DNA of 64,000 bases from Gemmatimonadota bacterium (GCA_020348925.1 CP070758.1:4897775-4961774); one strand, 5' to 3'; shown: positions 8,311-18,826, counted from the stretch's first letter. The notes: generated by a model from the sequence alone, not told the origin. Translations and numbers: made by a program.

Positions 8311-11300
8311 TTAATTGTTATTCTTTCCTCTCAGAAAATCGATCATCGGCTGTGTGACAAGGGGGACCACATCGCCGATCATGTGCGGCATGAGGTTGTC
8401 CATCACCTTGGGCATGAGATCGGGCATCTGTTCTTTCATATAATCGGGCATAGGAATCCGCTCGGCCACACGTTCTAGCATGGTGGGCATAACTTTGGGC
8501 ATCATCATGGGCAGCAGCCGCGGAAAGAGAACCGGAAACATCGGTTTCATCATCTCAAGGGCCAGCGGTACCTTTCCCATAAAGCGCATCATCGAACCCA
8601 TACCAAAGGGCATGGCATCAATGAGTTCCGACCACATCGTGCCCATGAGATCGGCAAAACCCTGGGGTGTCATGAGGGCAATCATCTTTTCGAACACAGC
8701 CCACTGGGCCTGGACTTCCGGGTTCGGATCAGGGAAATCGTAGCCCAGGGCCGAGGCGGCAAACCTGGCCAGATCCACAGTTTCTACGGGAACATCCCTC
8801 TTCTCGGCGCTGACCCGAAGCTGGAACTCACAGCAGGGACAGAGGGCCAAAACCTTATCGGCACCGGCCTCCACCGCCTCTTCAAGACGGGATTTGCCGA
8901 TGTCGTGGGCCACAGGCGGATCTTTGATCAAGGTCAGAACAGATCCGCAGCAGTGGGCCTCTTCGTGATGGTGGCTCATCTCCACAAATTCCACATTCGG
9001 AATGGCCTTGATGACATCCCGCGGTGGCTCATACACACCGGAGGCGCGACCGATGTGGCACGAATCGTGCCAGGTGACTCTCATTTTCGAACCTTCCGAA
9101 GATGTTGAAACTTCGGAAGTCTTGGGGAAGTTGAATTCACCTGCCTTGATTTTCTCTGAAAGCACCTCACTGTAATGCCTGGCTGTAATGTCGTAATCGA
9201 TACCCACTTTCTCGGCCCAGTCAGGATACACTTGTCGCCACATCATATCGCAGGCCGGACAGGAACTGATGACCGTATCGGCACCCGTGTCCCTGACGGC
9301 TTCGATGTTCTTCTTCATGGTTTCGACAAAGAGGTCCCACTTGCCGGCCACCAGCATCGGTGTCGCACAACAGTTCTCATTCTTTCCCACAATTGTAAAA
9401 TCAACATTGGCGGCGCTCAGCAGCCGTACGCTGGCCTGGGCAATATCATGTTCAACATAGCTGGCCGTGCAGCCGGCAAAATAGACATTCTTCGATGTTC
9501 GTCCGGGTCCGTGCTTGTCCATCAGGTCTTCCGGGAACCATTCGATTCGATCCTTTCGATATCCGGCCCAAATATCTCCTTCGGCTTCCAATGCCGCTGC
9601 CATCATCTCAAAGGGCGGAAACGTCATTCTCTTCTCTTCCTGGATAAGTTGGCCGCGCAGCTTCATCCATGACGGTTCAATGGGCAAGGCCGCTGAACAC
9701 CGAAGATTGCACATCTCGCACGTTGTGCAGACAAGCATGGTATCGATCATAAACTGGTTCCATTTTTCTCGACCTTCAATATACTCCCGCAACCAGTACC
9801 ACTTGCCCCGGGGACTCTGGCTCTCCCAGCCGCGGCCATAAAACTGGTCGCATTCATCAATGCAATATCCGCACTGGGAACAGCTGTAGGCGTACCAAAC
9901 CACATCGGCGGGAATGTTCCGAACCGGCTGGGTGTGACGCTCGCCCAGCTTGGGGAAGAAGCGGTTGCCCAGTGGTCGCATCAGTGGCTCGAAAGCGGTG
10001 GCCATTTTGACGACGGTACTGACCAATCCGCCGGAAATGACCTTACCCGGGTTCATAATCCCCTTGGGATCGATCTGGGCTTTGAATGCACGCAGTTTCT
10101 CAACTCTCTCTTTTCCCAAAATGGCATCTGCCTTCTTTGCGAAGTACAACCCGGTGGCGTATGGCCGGCCGCCGTGCTCCTCTGCGATTTTCATCAATGA
10201 CAGTGACAGCCCAAAGACAAAGTTGTAGCCGAACTCGCGCTCGTCACTGGGAATGAATCCCAAAACGACCACCTCAGGCTGACCATCTTTCCCCTCGCGT
10301 ATAACAACACCCTCCTTGACCAGCGGTTGTTGAATCTTGTTCTCAATTTCATCCATCACAACCCCGAGGTTGGACAGAGGAACGACGACTTCCGCTGGCA
10401 CGAGGGACGGTCCGAGACGCTTGACAATCATCAGTTTGAACCGATTCTCCCACTCGTGTTCGGCAATACGCTCGCTGAGCTCCTTGGCTTTGCACAATTG
10501 GAGCATTCTCTGGATATGTGGCCGAACGGATCCGCTGTCCTTGCTGCGAAAGGCCAGTGTCATAATATACATAACCGGGAGGAGAACACGCTCCTCGGCA
10601 GGGTGCCCGTGGTGCTCCATGAGCGGCGCCTGATTCTTGAGCTCGGCCATCTTCGGGTTGATAAAAGAGAGTGACCAGATAGGTATATCGGCGCTGATCA
10701 GGGATTCGATCAACCACTGCAAGCCGCGCGATTCCGGACAACCGATGGAAATCACGTCAAGATCCTCAAGAGGTTGGACCTTCAGAGTGACCTCAGTGAT
10801 GAGGCCCGTAATGCCTTCCGCGTCGGCGATGAGATCCAACTCGTTATCGGTGAACTCATTCACATCGCCTGTGGGCAGCACGACCCGTGCACTGAGAACA
10901 TTGTCTTTGTACCAACCCGCCTCGTACGAACCGAATCCGGTCCCTCCCTGCGCCAGCCAGCCCCCGGCTGTGGATGAAGGATAACTGCTCGGATAGAGCC
11001 GCAAGGTGAGGTCATATTTTGCCAGTTCTCTGTCGAGTGATTCCCAAACCATCCCAGCCTCGACTGTGGCGGTTTGCCCTTCAGGATCGATGTTAATGGC
11101 TCGTTTCATCCGGTAGAAATCGACCACGATACCTTTTTGGGTGGGAATAACCCCTCCGTAACCGGAGGACGCTTTGGCCCGAGGTGTCAGAGGGATGTTT
11201 TGCTCCCCCGCCCAGCGAACGAGCTCCACGACTTCCCCCTCATTGATCGGTTGAACAACAGCGTCGGGAGTTGTGTCGCCGATCAAAGGCTTGAACAGGC

Positions 11301-11415
11301 TTGGCATGGCTGCAATGTCGTGCCCATAGAGCTTCCGTTCAATCCTTTGAAAAGCGACTCGATCACCGAATGTTTCTCTGAGATATTCTTTTTGCTTTCG
11401 TGTCAATTTTCCCAT
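8311..11415 (-). CDS. FAD-binding/Fe-S oxidoreductase (GlcD-GlcF-like fusion)
   Basis: FAD_binding_4 N-terminus, MNPGK, two 4Fe-4S motifs, two CCG domains, Met-rich tail. Confidence 0.88.
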   Translation of the reverse strand: MGKLTRKQKEYLRETFGDRVAFQRIERKLYGHDIAAMPSLFKPLIGDTTPDAVVQPINEGEVVELVRWAGEQNIPLTPRAKASSGYGGVIPTQKGIVVDFYRMKRAINIDPEGQTATVEAGMVWESLDRELAKYDLTLRLYPSSYPSSTAGGWLAQGGTGFGSYEAGWYKDNVLSARVVLPTGDVNEFTDNELDLIADAEGITGLITEVTLKVQPLEDLDVISIGCPESRGLQWLIESLISADIPIWSLSFINPKMAELKNQAPLMEHHGHPAEERVLLPVMYIMTLAFRSKDSGSVRPHIQRMLQLCKAKELSERIAEHEWENRFKLMIVKRLGPSLVPAEVVVPLSNLGVVMDEIENKIQQPLVKEGVVIREGKDGQPEVVVLGFIPSDEREFGYNFVFGLSLSLMKIAEEHGGRPYATGLYFAKKADAILGKERVEKLRAFKAQIDPKGIMNPGKVISGGLVSTVVKMATAFEPLMRPLGNRFFPKLGERHTQPVRNIPADVVWYAYSCSQCGYCIDECDQFYGRGWESQSPRGKWYWLREYIEGREKWNQFMIDTMLVCTTCEMCNLRCSAALPIEPSWMKLRGQLIQEEKRMTFPPFEMMAAALEAEGDIWAGYRKDRIEWFPEDLMDKHGPGRTSKNVYFAGCTASYVEHDIAQASVRLLSAANVDFTIVGKNENCCATPMLVAGKWDLFVETMKKNIEAVRDTGADTVISSCPACDMMWRQVYPDWAEKVGIDYDITARHYSEVLSEKIKAGEFNFPKTSEVSTSSEGSKMRVTWHDSCHIGRASGVYEPPRDVIKAIPNVEFVEMSHHHEEAHCCGSVLTLIKDPPVAHDIGKSRLEEAVEAGADKVLALCPCCEFQLRVSAEKRDVPVETVDLARFAASALGYDFPDPNPEVQAQWAVFEKMIALMTPQGFADLMGTMWSELIDAMPFGMGSMMRFMGKVPLALEMMKPMFPVLFPRLLPMMMPKVMPTMLERVAERIPMPDYMKEQMPDLMPKVMDNLMPHMIGDVVPLVTQPMIDFLRGKNNN

Positions 11416-11486
11416 ATCACCATTGTCCTATGATAACAGAGCAATGTGTCCTTCGAAATGCATTCATTTCTTCTTATCGAATATTC

Positions 11487-12713
11487 TTATGTTTTCTTTT
11501 CCGTGACAGTATATCCCGCCTCTTGTATACCCTGTTTTATGGTATCAAGATTGAGCTCTCCATTTACGCCGACCGTTTTTGTCTCCAAATCTATATGAAT
11601 CTTTTCAACGCCAGGTATCTTCTTCACCGCCTGCTCGATCGTCATCTTGCAATGATTGCACGTCATTTCCGGAACATGGAGTTCAAATTTCATGTCCTCC
11701 GTCTTCACCTTATCGCCCCGCTTGGCCGGGAGAAATCCTCGACCGATAAGAAACAGAAGAATAATTCCAGCAATTGCAGTCAGAGCTGGAGGTATGGCCT
11801 GTCCGTGAGGCATGACCAGATCGACATCACCACCCAGACTCTGCCACACAAGATTGAATATCCAGCCCATGCATAGAGATACAAGAACAATGAATATAAG
11901 ATATACCATAAATGCCCGTCGGCCCAACTTCGAATAAACAAAAGAAAGAGTTACCGTGTTCGTAGCAGGGCCAGCGATTAAAAAAACAAGAGCGGCGCCA
12001 GGAGTGAAACCCTTACCGATCAAGGCGGCAGCGATCGGAATCGAACCTGTGGCACACACATACAGAGGTACGGCAAAGGCCAACATGATAATAAAGTGGA
12101 GCGCCGGTTGCGTGATGTGCTGTGTTAAGAGGCTTTCCGGAATAGCTACGGTTAAAACACCTCCCAAAAGGACACCAATGACCAGCCATTTCCCGATATC
12201 TTCGGCCAGCTCCAAGAAACCGTAACGGATTGCCTCCTTCACTTTGAATTGCGTTTTTCTATGATGAGGAGAACGAGGTGTCGGTACCGTTTCACCCTCT
12301 GGATTGAAGAACCGGTTAAAGACACCCACAACAACACCGTTGAAAAAGGCGGCTATCGGCCTGAATACGGCAAATAACGGCCCAAGCAAGGCATAGGTTG
12401 CCAGGATCGAATCCACCCCGGTGGTGGGTGTGGACACCAAAAAGGACAGAACCGAGCTCTTGCTGGCACCCTCTTTTTGAAGCGAAGCCGCCACGGGTAT
12501 GACTCCGCAGGAGCAAATGGGTAGAGGTATCCCGAACAGTGTTGCTTTGAGGATGGACGTAATGCTTTTATCCCCCAAGTGCCGTGCAATAAATCCCTCA
12601 CCCAAAAAAGCATGGAGAATCCCGGCAAAGAACATTCCTAAAAGTATGTATGGGGCCATAGCCAGCCACAAATTCATCGATTCATGGAAAATACTATAAA
12701 GTATATCTAACAT
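11487..12713 (-). CDS. ArsP/SO_0444-like permease with C-terminal HMA domain
   Basis: LPICSCGVIP, YVCATGSIP; C-terminal MTCNHC. Confidence 0.88.
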   Translation of the reverse strand: MLDILYSIFHESMNLWLAMAPYILLGMFFAGILHAFLGEGFIARHLGDKSITSILKATLFGIPLPICSCGVIPVAASLQKEGASKSSVLSFLVSTPTTGVDSILATYALLGPLFAVFRPIAAFFNGVVVGVFNRFFNPEGETVPTPRSPHHRKTQFKVKEAIRYGFLELAEDIGKWLVIGVLLGGVLTVAIPESLLTQHITQPALHFIIMLAFAVPLYVCATGSIPIAAALIGKGFTPGAALVFLIAGPATNTVTLSFVYSKLGRRAFMVYLIFIVLVSLCMGWIFNLVWQSLGGDVDLVMPHGQAIPPALTAIAGIILLFLIGRGFLPAKRGDKVKTEDMKFELHVPEMTCNHCKMTIEQAVKKIPGVEKIHIDLETKTVGVNGELNLDTIKQGIQEAGYTVTEKKT

Positions 12714-12832
12714 GATCCATCCTATTCAAGCGCTTTATCATCTTGTTGACAATACAAACAGACACTTCAAACGCACAAGGACCATAATCGTTCCTTTTTT
12801 TACCGTAAAGGAAGATATATGATTGTTATCCC

Positions 12833-14062
12833 TCAGGAATAATTGAGCAACCTCTGCTCTCCTTTGAGTTTTCTTTTCTCCGTAAGATCCTGACTCACTT
12901 CCAATGTTCCGAGGTATCCATCATCCTCATCTCGAAGAGCAAAATATTCTATGTGTATAAACCGACCATCCAAATTGATCCAGAAAGCAGCTCTATCCTG
13001 TTTTCCACATCGAAAATCATCGAGAATCTGGTGGACAACGTGAACACTCGATGGCGGGTGACACAGTTGCACTTTTCGGCCAAGAATAGCCCGAGTCCGT
13101 GCGAAGATGCGATCTTTCCCTTGAGTAAAATATCGAACCGTATCCTCTTTGTCGACAAAAGTCACGTCAAAGGGGATCGTGTTGAGCATGGCTATCAATT
13201 CAATCACATTGAAGCTTCCGCTGGGGAGTTGAATTTTCTCTTCTTCGACAGTCAACTCTCTTTTTGCGACAACTCCCTCGGGCTGCCACACATCCGTCGG
13301 ATCGTACAAGCAATAACCAATCTCAATACTCTGGATGGAGATCTCATACCACTCTTCGTCTGTCAATGTATCGAGGCACATTGGAAAGAGGATTTCTTCC
13401 TCCTTGTGTATCATCTCTTCCACTGCCGTAGAAGCGGGCTTGAAAGTACGCTCTACTGCTTTTTGAGCTTCTCCCACCTCCATCCCATCTGAACCTGCCA
13501 AAGTATCGAGTGCCCTTTTCAGCATGCCTCGAACCTCATCATGTTTACCCCACATGACCTTCGGTGGACCCGTGACACCATGTTTCTCGAGAAATGGAAA
13601 GAGAAGGTTCTCTTTCCTCATGTAATGTTTATCCACATCCATCAATGCGTTGAAATGTGCACGAATTTTGGCAAAGGGTTCCCGTGCATTATCCCGATCT
13701 TTCAATTTCTCCACTTCTGAATACAATTTCTCCAAAGAAGAAATTTCCCTAGCCAGAGCCCTATTCTCTTGAATGAACGTATGGACAGGATGTCCGGAGG
13801 GTGCCGTCTTGGCACCTGCCTGATCGAGAATACCCTTCAAAGCCGCAGTATGGACATCGCAGAGTCTCAGAACCTCCTCCTGGGGCAACCCCTCAGAGAT
13901 AAGCTCCTGCTCAACCTCAACCACATCGCCATAGGGAATCTGTCCCAGTATTCTGACGAGTTGCTTCTTCACCTCTTCAGGTGCTTCCCCCTTATGAAGC
14001 TGAAGAATCATGTGCTTCAGCATTTCCTTTCTTTTTTCTGCATTCTCAATAAGTTCACTCAT
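12833..14062 (-). CDS. DUF438/hemerythrin/PAS-domain protein
   Basis: LCDVH, GHPVHTF..EN, HY.RKENLLFP, PPKVMW.KHDE, CHPPSS. Confidence 0.88.
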   Translation of the reverse strand: MSELIENAEKRKEMLKHMILQLHKGEAPEEVKKQLVRILGQIPYGDVVEVEQELISEGLPQEEVLRLCDVHTAALKGILDQAGAKTAPSGHPVHTFIQENRALAREISSLEKLYSEVEKLKDRDNAREPFAKIRAHFNALMDVDKHYMRKENLLFPFLEKHGVTGPPKVMWGKHDEVRGMLKRALDTLAGSDGMEVGEAQKAVERTFKPASTAVEEMIHKEEEILFPMCLDTLTDEEWYEISIQSIEIGYCLYDPTDVWQPEGVVAKRELTVEEEKIQLPSGSFNVIELIAMLNTIPFDVTFVDKEDTVRYFTQGKDRIFARTRAILGRKVQLCHPPSSVHVVHQILDDFRCGKQDRAAFWINLDGRFIHIEYFALRDEDDGYLGTLEVSQDLTEKRKLKGEQRLLNYS

Positions 14063-14167
14063 ACTGACACCCTCCGTTCGAAATCGATTTCAAACGAGGA
14101 AATTCAAGTCTGTCTTCAATTGAATCTGCTCGAAGTGGACTGCGTAACAATGAAGTCTTCACATACT

Positions 14168-15763
14168 CTATTTAAAGGAAGTCAACTCCACCTTCTGTCG
14201 CTTATACAACTCTTTCAGATCGTAATTCAGCGTGTCCATCAGCTCCTGGTGGAGCTCAGGGAGGTCGAACTGACGGCCAATCTCTGCCTCTCGATTCTCG
14301 TAAAGCTTGGTGTACAAATCCCACTGTTTTTCGGTCAACAGATCATTCTCGTGTGCGGCTTTCACATTGCTGTAGATCGTCTCCCAGTAATCGGGAATCC
14401 TGTCCATGGCCATGTCACCCCGGAGCGCCATGGCCGATGGTCCCCATGATCCGCCTGGGATATCATATAATGGGTAGAGCTTCATGAACTTATTAGGATC
14501 CTTGCTCTCTCGCCACATTCTGGCCTCAGGAACACCGTGTTCAGCGCCGTACTGGATAAGTTTCGCAAGATTTTCTTGAAGTTCCCAGATGCCGTGCCAC
14601 TGGGTGTAGTCGGCTCCCATCATCTCCGCCCCATGGCGGAAACGGCGACCCTCGTGATGCCAGTTCTTGTAAGCAATGTGTTCCTGTTCTTCATCGTAGC
14701 CCACCACCGGCCACCCTGTGATCGCCTTGCCTTCGAACTCAAATTTGTCCGTCTTCACAACATCGTGCTGCCGGAGTAATCTCATCCACTTGATTGTGGC
14801 CTCCCAGATTTCATTGTAGAGCAGATTACACAGGTCCGCAGTCAACAGGTAGCGATCGACGAAGGATCGAGCATGGCACTGATAGCAGACGCCCTCCATT
14901 CTCCGGCGTTTCTCCTGCCAGGAAAAACCGCCCCAGTATTCCTGCGTGCGCACGGAGAACGGCGCCTGACTCTCCCAGGTCAATCGATCACTCACATTGT
15001 GCGTAAAATGATCGTTTGTCAACGTGCCACTCATGTGACATGTGGCACAGGTCGGTCCGGTAAATGTCACAGGCTCACCCGGCTCGTAATCCCAGTCATA
15101 ATCCGAAGCAAAGGTGCTGTAAATATTTCCGTGCTTTGATTCGAGGAAAATCTCGATATGGGGATGATCCGGTCCGATGTGACATTCCCCGCAGGTCTCC
15201 GAATGCCGGGCCTGGGCGATATCGAAGCGATGCTTCGAATGGCAGGCGTCGCACTCGCCGATGCTCTGATCGGGCCAGTAATTTCCGATGTGATGGCATT
15301 GCTCGCAGCCGTGCTTGGTAGCCACTGTTGGCTCAAAGACATTTCGATCGGTCCCCTTGAGGGCCATAAAAGACTGACTGAGAACATGTTTGCTGTTGGC
15401 AAACTCTTTCACCTGAGTCTCATGGCACCCTTGACAATCCTTCGGTGTCGGATGTTTCCCGATAACGACCCTACTCTCGGGGCACCTCATCGCATCCCAT
15501 TCACCCTCCTGGGCTTCATGGCATTCGATACACCCGATGCCCATTTCCGCGTGTTCGCTCAGTTTCCACTCTTCGACCAGTTTTGGCGCCACACCCTGCT
15601 TCTCGTGACAATGGATGCAATCTCTTGTCGAACTGCTGATCTCGATCTCCGGTCGACGAAGGCGGGTTTTTTCCATTTCCACACCGGCAACAATCATCAA
15701 AACGACAATAATAAGTGTCGAAAATATCCCGATCAGCCACTTCTGTCCCGTCACAGTATCCAT
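14168..15763 (-). CDS. Octaheme hydroxylamine-oxidoreductase (HAO)-family cytochrome c
   Basis: Eight CxxCH motifs; CGECHIGPDHP; WHHEGRRFRHGA.MMGADYTQWHG; N-terminal membrane anchor. Confidence 0.88.
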   Translation of the reverse strand: MDTVTGQKWLIGIFSTLIIVVLMIVAGVEMEKTRLRRPEIEISSSTRDCIHCHEKQGVAPKLVEEWKLSEHAEMGIGCIECHEAQEGEWDAMRCPESRVVIGKHPTPKDCQGCHETQVKEFANSKHVLSQSFMALKGTDRNVFEPTVATKHGCEQCHHIGNYWPDQSIGECDACHSKHRFDIAQARHSETCGECHIGPDHPHIEIFLESKHGNIYSTFASDYDWDYEPGEPVTFTGPTCATCHMSGTLTNDHFTHNVSDRLTWESQAPFSVRTQEYWGGFSWQEKRRRMEGVCYQCHARSFVDRYLLTADLCNLLYNEIWEATIKWMRLLRQHDVVKTDKFEFEGKAITGWPVVGYDEEQEHIAYKNWHHEGRRFRHGAEMMGADYTQWHGIWELQENLAKLIQYGAEHGVPEARMWRESKDPNKFMKLYPLYDIPGGSWGPSAMALRGDMAMDRIPDYWETIYSNVKAAHENDLLTEKQWDLYTKLYENREAEIGRQFDLPELHQELMDTLNYDLKELYKRQKVELTSFK

Positions 15764-15903
15764 AATCTCGCCTCCTCATTTTGTTTCACTTAAGCATTTC
15801 ACCTTTTCATTCATCAATTATCAGTCCAGCCCCTGGAATCGAAGACGGGGTGCACTCCGGGCCCGAATCCCCTAACGTAACCTAACATACTCTCTATTCA
15901 AGA

Positions 15904-15930
15904 GATTCCGGGAGAAACCCGGAATGACAG
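15904..15930 (-). repeat. TGTCAT-tagged REP-like palindrome
   Basis: CTGTCATTCCGGG-TTTCT-CCCGGAATC, same tag as 27039 and 52252. Confidence 0.6.
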
Positions 15931-15960
15931 AGTAGAGAACGGTCAATTTTCGAACACGGT

Positions 15961-17019
15961 TCAATGCGGCGTCAATAGGATCTCTTTTGCAATGACCAGC
16001 AGAAAAATGAGAATTGCCGCTGCTCCTACAACATAGTGAATCTTCAGATTGGGAACGCGTTTCCCAATAAATTCATCGATAAAAGGCCAGAAGACGAAGA
16101 ACAGGCCAAGGATCATCAATACGGACATGCCGACCTGCATGGGCATCACTTTCAGAGCAAAATAGACAAAGATAAAATACCATTCCGGCTTGATATGGGC
16201 GGGTGTTACAGCGGGATCAGCGGGTTCTCCCATACCGGGCGGGGACATCACGGACAGCGTGCTGAGAACCGCCACGAAGAACAAGGTCAAAATAACAACC
16301 TTGAAAAAATGTTCCGGGTAGAAGGCGTAGAAGCCCTCCCCCTCTCTCCCCTCAAGCTCCGCCATACCGTGTAAACGCAGGATAAAAATATGGACGAACA
16401 TCAAGAAAAGGAGCAGCGGTGGCAGGAGGGTCACATGGAACGTGAAAAATCGTGTCAGTGTGTTCGCACTGACCTCCTCTCCCCCCCGGAAAAATTGCAG
16501 CAAGGCGTTTCCAATAATCGGTACCGACTTGACCGAGTTTGTGCCGACCGTCGTCGCCCAATAGGACACCTGATTCTGAATGAGCGAATAGCCTGTTAAA
16601 GATAATCCCAGGCAGATTCCCAACAAACCGACACCAATCATCCAGTTCAGCTCGCGGGGACGGCGATAGGCTCGTGTGAAGAAGACTCGAATGATATGGA
16701 GAATGAGGGCCATAATAAGCAGATTCGAGCCCCAGCGGTGAAGGCCCCGGATCCAGAAACCAAAACGGACCTCCTCCGTAATATACCGCACACTTTCATA
16801 GGCCATCTCAGGTGAAGGTATGTAATAAAACATCAGCAGGATGCCCGTAACAATCTGAAACATAATGAGAAGAAGAGGTGCGGCACCCGTAGCAAACCAC
16901 CATTTCTTATAGTGTAGGGGAATTGGCTCTTTGGCGAAGACCTTTTCACTAATTTCCACAAAACGGCCGTAGTCGATAGGAAATCGCTCAACGATCCACT
17001 CTTTGATCTTCATCGTCAA
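15961..17019 (-). CDS. Cytochrome b of a Rieske/cyt b complex (b6 and subunit IV parts fused)
   Basis: RGLHRWG..LHIIRVF, FHVT...VH (14 residues between these His), IKPEWY. Confidence 0.92.
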   Translation of the reverse strand: MTMKIKEWIVERFPIDYGRFVEISEKVFAKEPIPLHYKKWWFATGAAPLLLIMFQIVTGILLMFYYIPSPEMAYESVRYITEEVRFGFWIRGLHRWGSNLLIMALILHIIRVFFTRAYRRPRELNWMIGVGLLGICLGLSLTGYSLIQNQVSYWATTVGTNSVKSVPIIGNALLQFFRGGEEVSANTLTRFFTFHVTLLPPLLLFLMFVHIFILRLHGMAELEGREGEGFYAFYPEHFFKVVILTLFFVAVLSTLSVMSPPGMGEPADPAVTPAHIKPEWYFIFVYFALKVMPMQVGMSVLMILGLFFVFWPFIDEFIGKRVPNLKIHYVVGAAAILIFLLVIAKEILLTPH

Positions 17020-17486
17020 ATGACAGGCTCCCTTTTCCTGATGTGCACAAAAACGAGGGAACCCTCCACCAGGACTTCGAATTCATCCAACGGACGAGGA
17101 GAAGGACCCGCCAGGACCGTGCCGTCATTGTCAAACACCGCCTTATGACAGGGACAGTAGAATTGATTTTCCCTCTCTTTCCACTTTACAATACATCCAA
17201 GATGGGGACATACGCCGGAAAAAACTCTGAATCCTTCAGGCAGATGAGTGACAAAAACAGGCTTGTTTCCAATTGATATTTCCTTGGCTTTTCCGACAGG
17301 AATATCTTTCGCCTTCCCGACCAAGTATTTTGTATACTCTCTTTCCCGGGATTTTGGGAAAAGAAAAAGAAATCCACTCCGCAACACGAATAACCCTGTC
17401 AGAAGAATTCCCCCGACGGCCACGAATCCCGAAGCCAGAAAATATCTCCGGGACGTCCGGGTCGCTTTCTCTTCGTGATCGCTCAT
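17016..17486 (-). CDS. Rieske 2Fe-2S protein
   Basis: Tat-like SRRYFL anchor; CPHLGC and CPCH. Confidence 0.93.
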   Translation of the reverse strand: MSDHEEKATRTSRRYFLASGFVAVGGILLTGLFVLRSGFLFLFPKSREREYTKYLVGKAKDIPVGKAKEISIGNKPVFVTHLPEGFRVFSGVCPHLGCIVKWKERENQFYCPCHKAVFDNDGTVLAGPSPRPLDEFEVLVEGSLVFVHIRKREPVI

Positions 17487-17638
17487 AAAGTCTCCTGAAA
17501 TTACTCGCCGCTCTATCTATTTTATTACTTCACAGAACGTTACTAAGGATTCCCAACAAACAAGATGTATAATTCTGACTGACGTGCGAAGATAAAATAT
17601 AACATCAGCGCCCGCCATGTGCCACCGTTTTTTATGCG

Positions 17639-18475
17639 TCAGAACATGTAGCGTGTTCCAATCAAAAACCCAACTTCTCTCTCCATTTGGGTACCGATCT
17701 GGTCTTGCCAGAGAGGGACCCAAAGCAACCCTTCAAGAATTATTGAGGACAGGGTACACTTCAAACCGGGAGCGAGAAAAAAGATCGATTCCCCGGTATT
17801 GGGCACATCGGAACCATGCGCGTCATCCGATGCATAATTCTTATATGACAACTCCAGCACAGGTGCCAGTGCCGCCCTGGCATGATCTCCCATACTGATT
17901 TGATGAGCAATTGCCCAATCGAAAGACAGCTCATCGCCTGGATCTCTGGTATCGTTATGCTTTCTCATCAATCCATTCCAAACATAAGCGACATTTGCAT
18001 CCAGGGCCCATGCCCCCCTCCGATAGGAGGTGTAGAACCCCCCGGTTGCATCCCACGTACTCGACGTAAAAGGATCATTCCCCGTTGGAAACTCCAATCC
18101 AAGGGTTGCCGACATGCCGAAGGTGTATGATTCGGTGTTTCGTCTGTAAAGTTTGTATTTGCCCAGAATGAAAAGATCGCCAAAACCCCAATCACTGAAT
18201 TCCGAAAGGGCCATTGTCATTTTCTGTTGAACAAGAGCCTGCCGTATCATCAACGTCGTGTTCGACCTCAGTCCGTATGCCAGAATAACCGGATAGTGAT
18301 ACATCTTCATCTTTTGATTCATATGATCTTTCCGTTGCATAAAACGCATTTGTGTTCTGAGAATCCAGCGATCCTCTGGGGGCGTAAGACCCGCATCAAC
18401 GCTGATGCCGGCAGCATCAACGTGCGACGAGAGGAAAAGCTGGGCAATACATATTCCCAAAATCAATTTTTTCAC
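17639..18475 (-). CDS. Putative outer-membrane beta-barrel (MetA-pathway/transporter family)
   Basis: Signal peptide, GFGDL, GLEFPTG, alternating beta pattern, terminal Phe. Confidence 0.7.
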   Translation of the reverse strand: MKKLILGICIAQLFLSSHVDAAGISVDAGLTPPEDRWILRTQMRFMQRKDHMNQKMKMYHYPVILAYGLRSNTTLMIRQALVQQKMTMALSEFSDWGFGDLFILGKYKLYRRNTESYTFGMSATLGLEFPTGNDPFTSSTWDATGGFYTSYRRGAWALDANVAYVWNGLMRKHNDTRDPGDELSFDWAIAHQISMGDHARAALAPVLELSYKNYASDDAHGSDVPNTGESIFFLAPGLKCTLSSIILEGLLWVPLWQDQIGTQMEREVGFLIGTRYMF

Positions 18476-18496
18476 TTTTCTGCCCCTTTTTCAAGA

Positions 18497-18826
18497 CTAT
18501 TGGATACGGTTTCCAGGTGTGAAATTCGCCCGCACAATAGCATCGTAAATATCTTCATCGCTCAATTGAGCCCCGGGTCGTACATGAACAACAAGTTGCT
18601 TCTTCTCCCAGTTCGCCTCGGCTTTCAGAACACTTTGATTCTTTTCTACAAGTTTCTCCAAGCCACCGTGGCATCCCGGGCAATCCATTCCAAAAACCTC
18701 GTAGACTCGTCTTTCAATAGTACCTTCATCCCCTGCGGTGACAATCTTTTGTTTCGGCCCACAAGAAAAACCATGAGCGCAGAATATGATAAGAGTCAAC
18801 AACAGGACAAGGATCTTTCGTTTCAT
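18497..18826 (-). CDS. Exported heavy-metal-associated (HMA) domain protein, possible lipoprotein
   Basis: RBS GGAGG; MKRKILVLLL...FSC; GMDCPGC. Confidence 0.8.
   Translation of the reverse strand: MKRKILVLLLTLIIFCAHGFSCGPKQKIVTAGDEGTIERRVYEVFGMDCPGCHGGLEKLVEKNQSVLKAEANWEKKQLVVHVRPGAQLSDEDIYDAIVRANFTPGNRIQ

Noticed and set aside
14168-15763. Evidence for anammox or ammonia oxidation
   Set aside because: No hzs, amo or cycAB genes in the window, and the protein looks like the reductive type.
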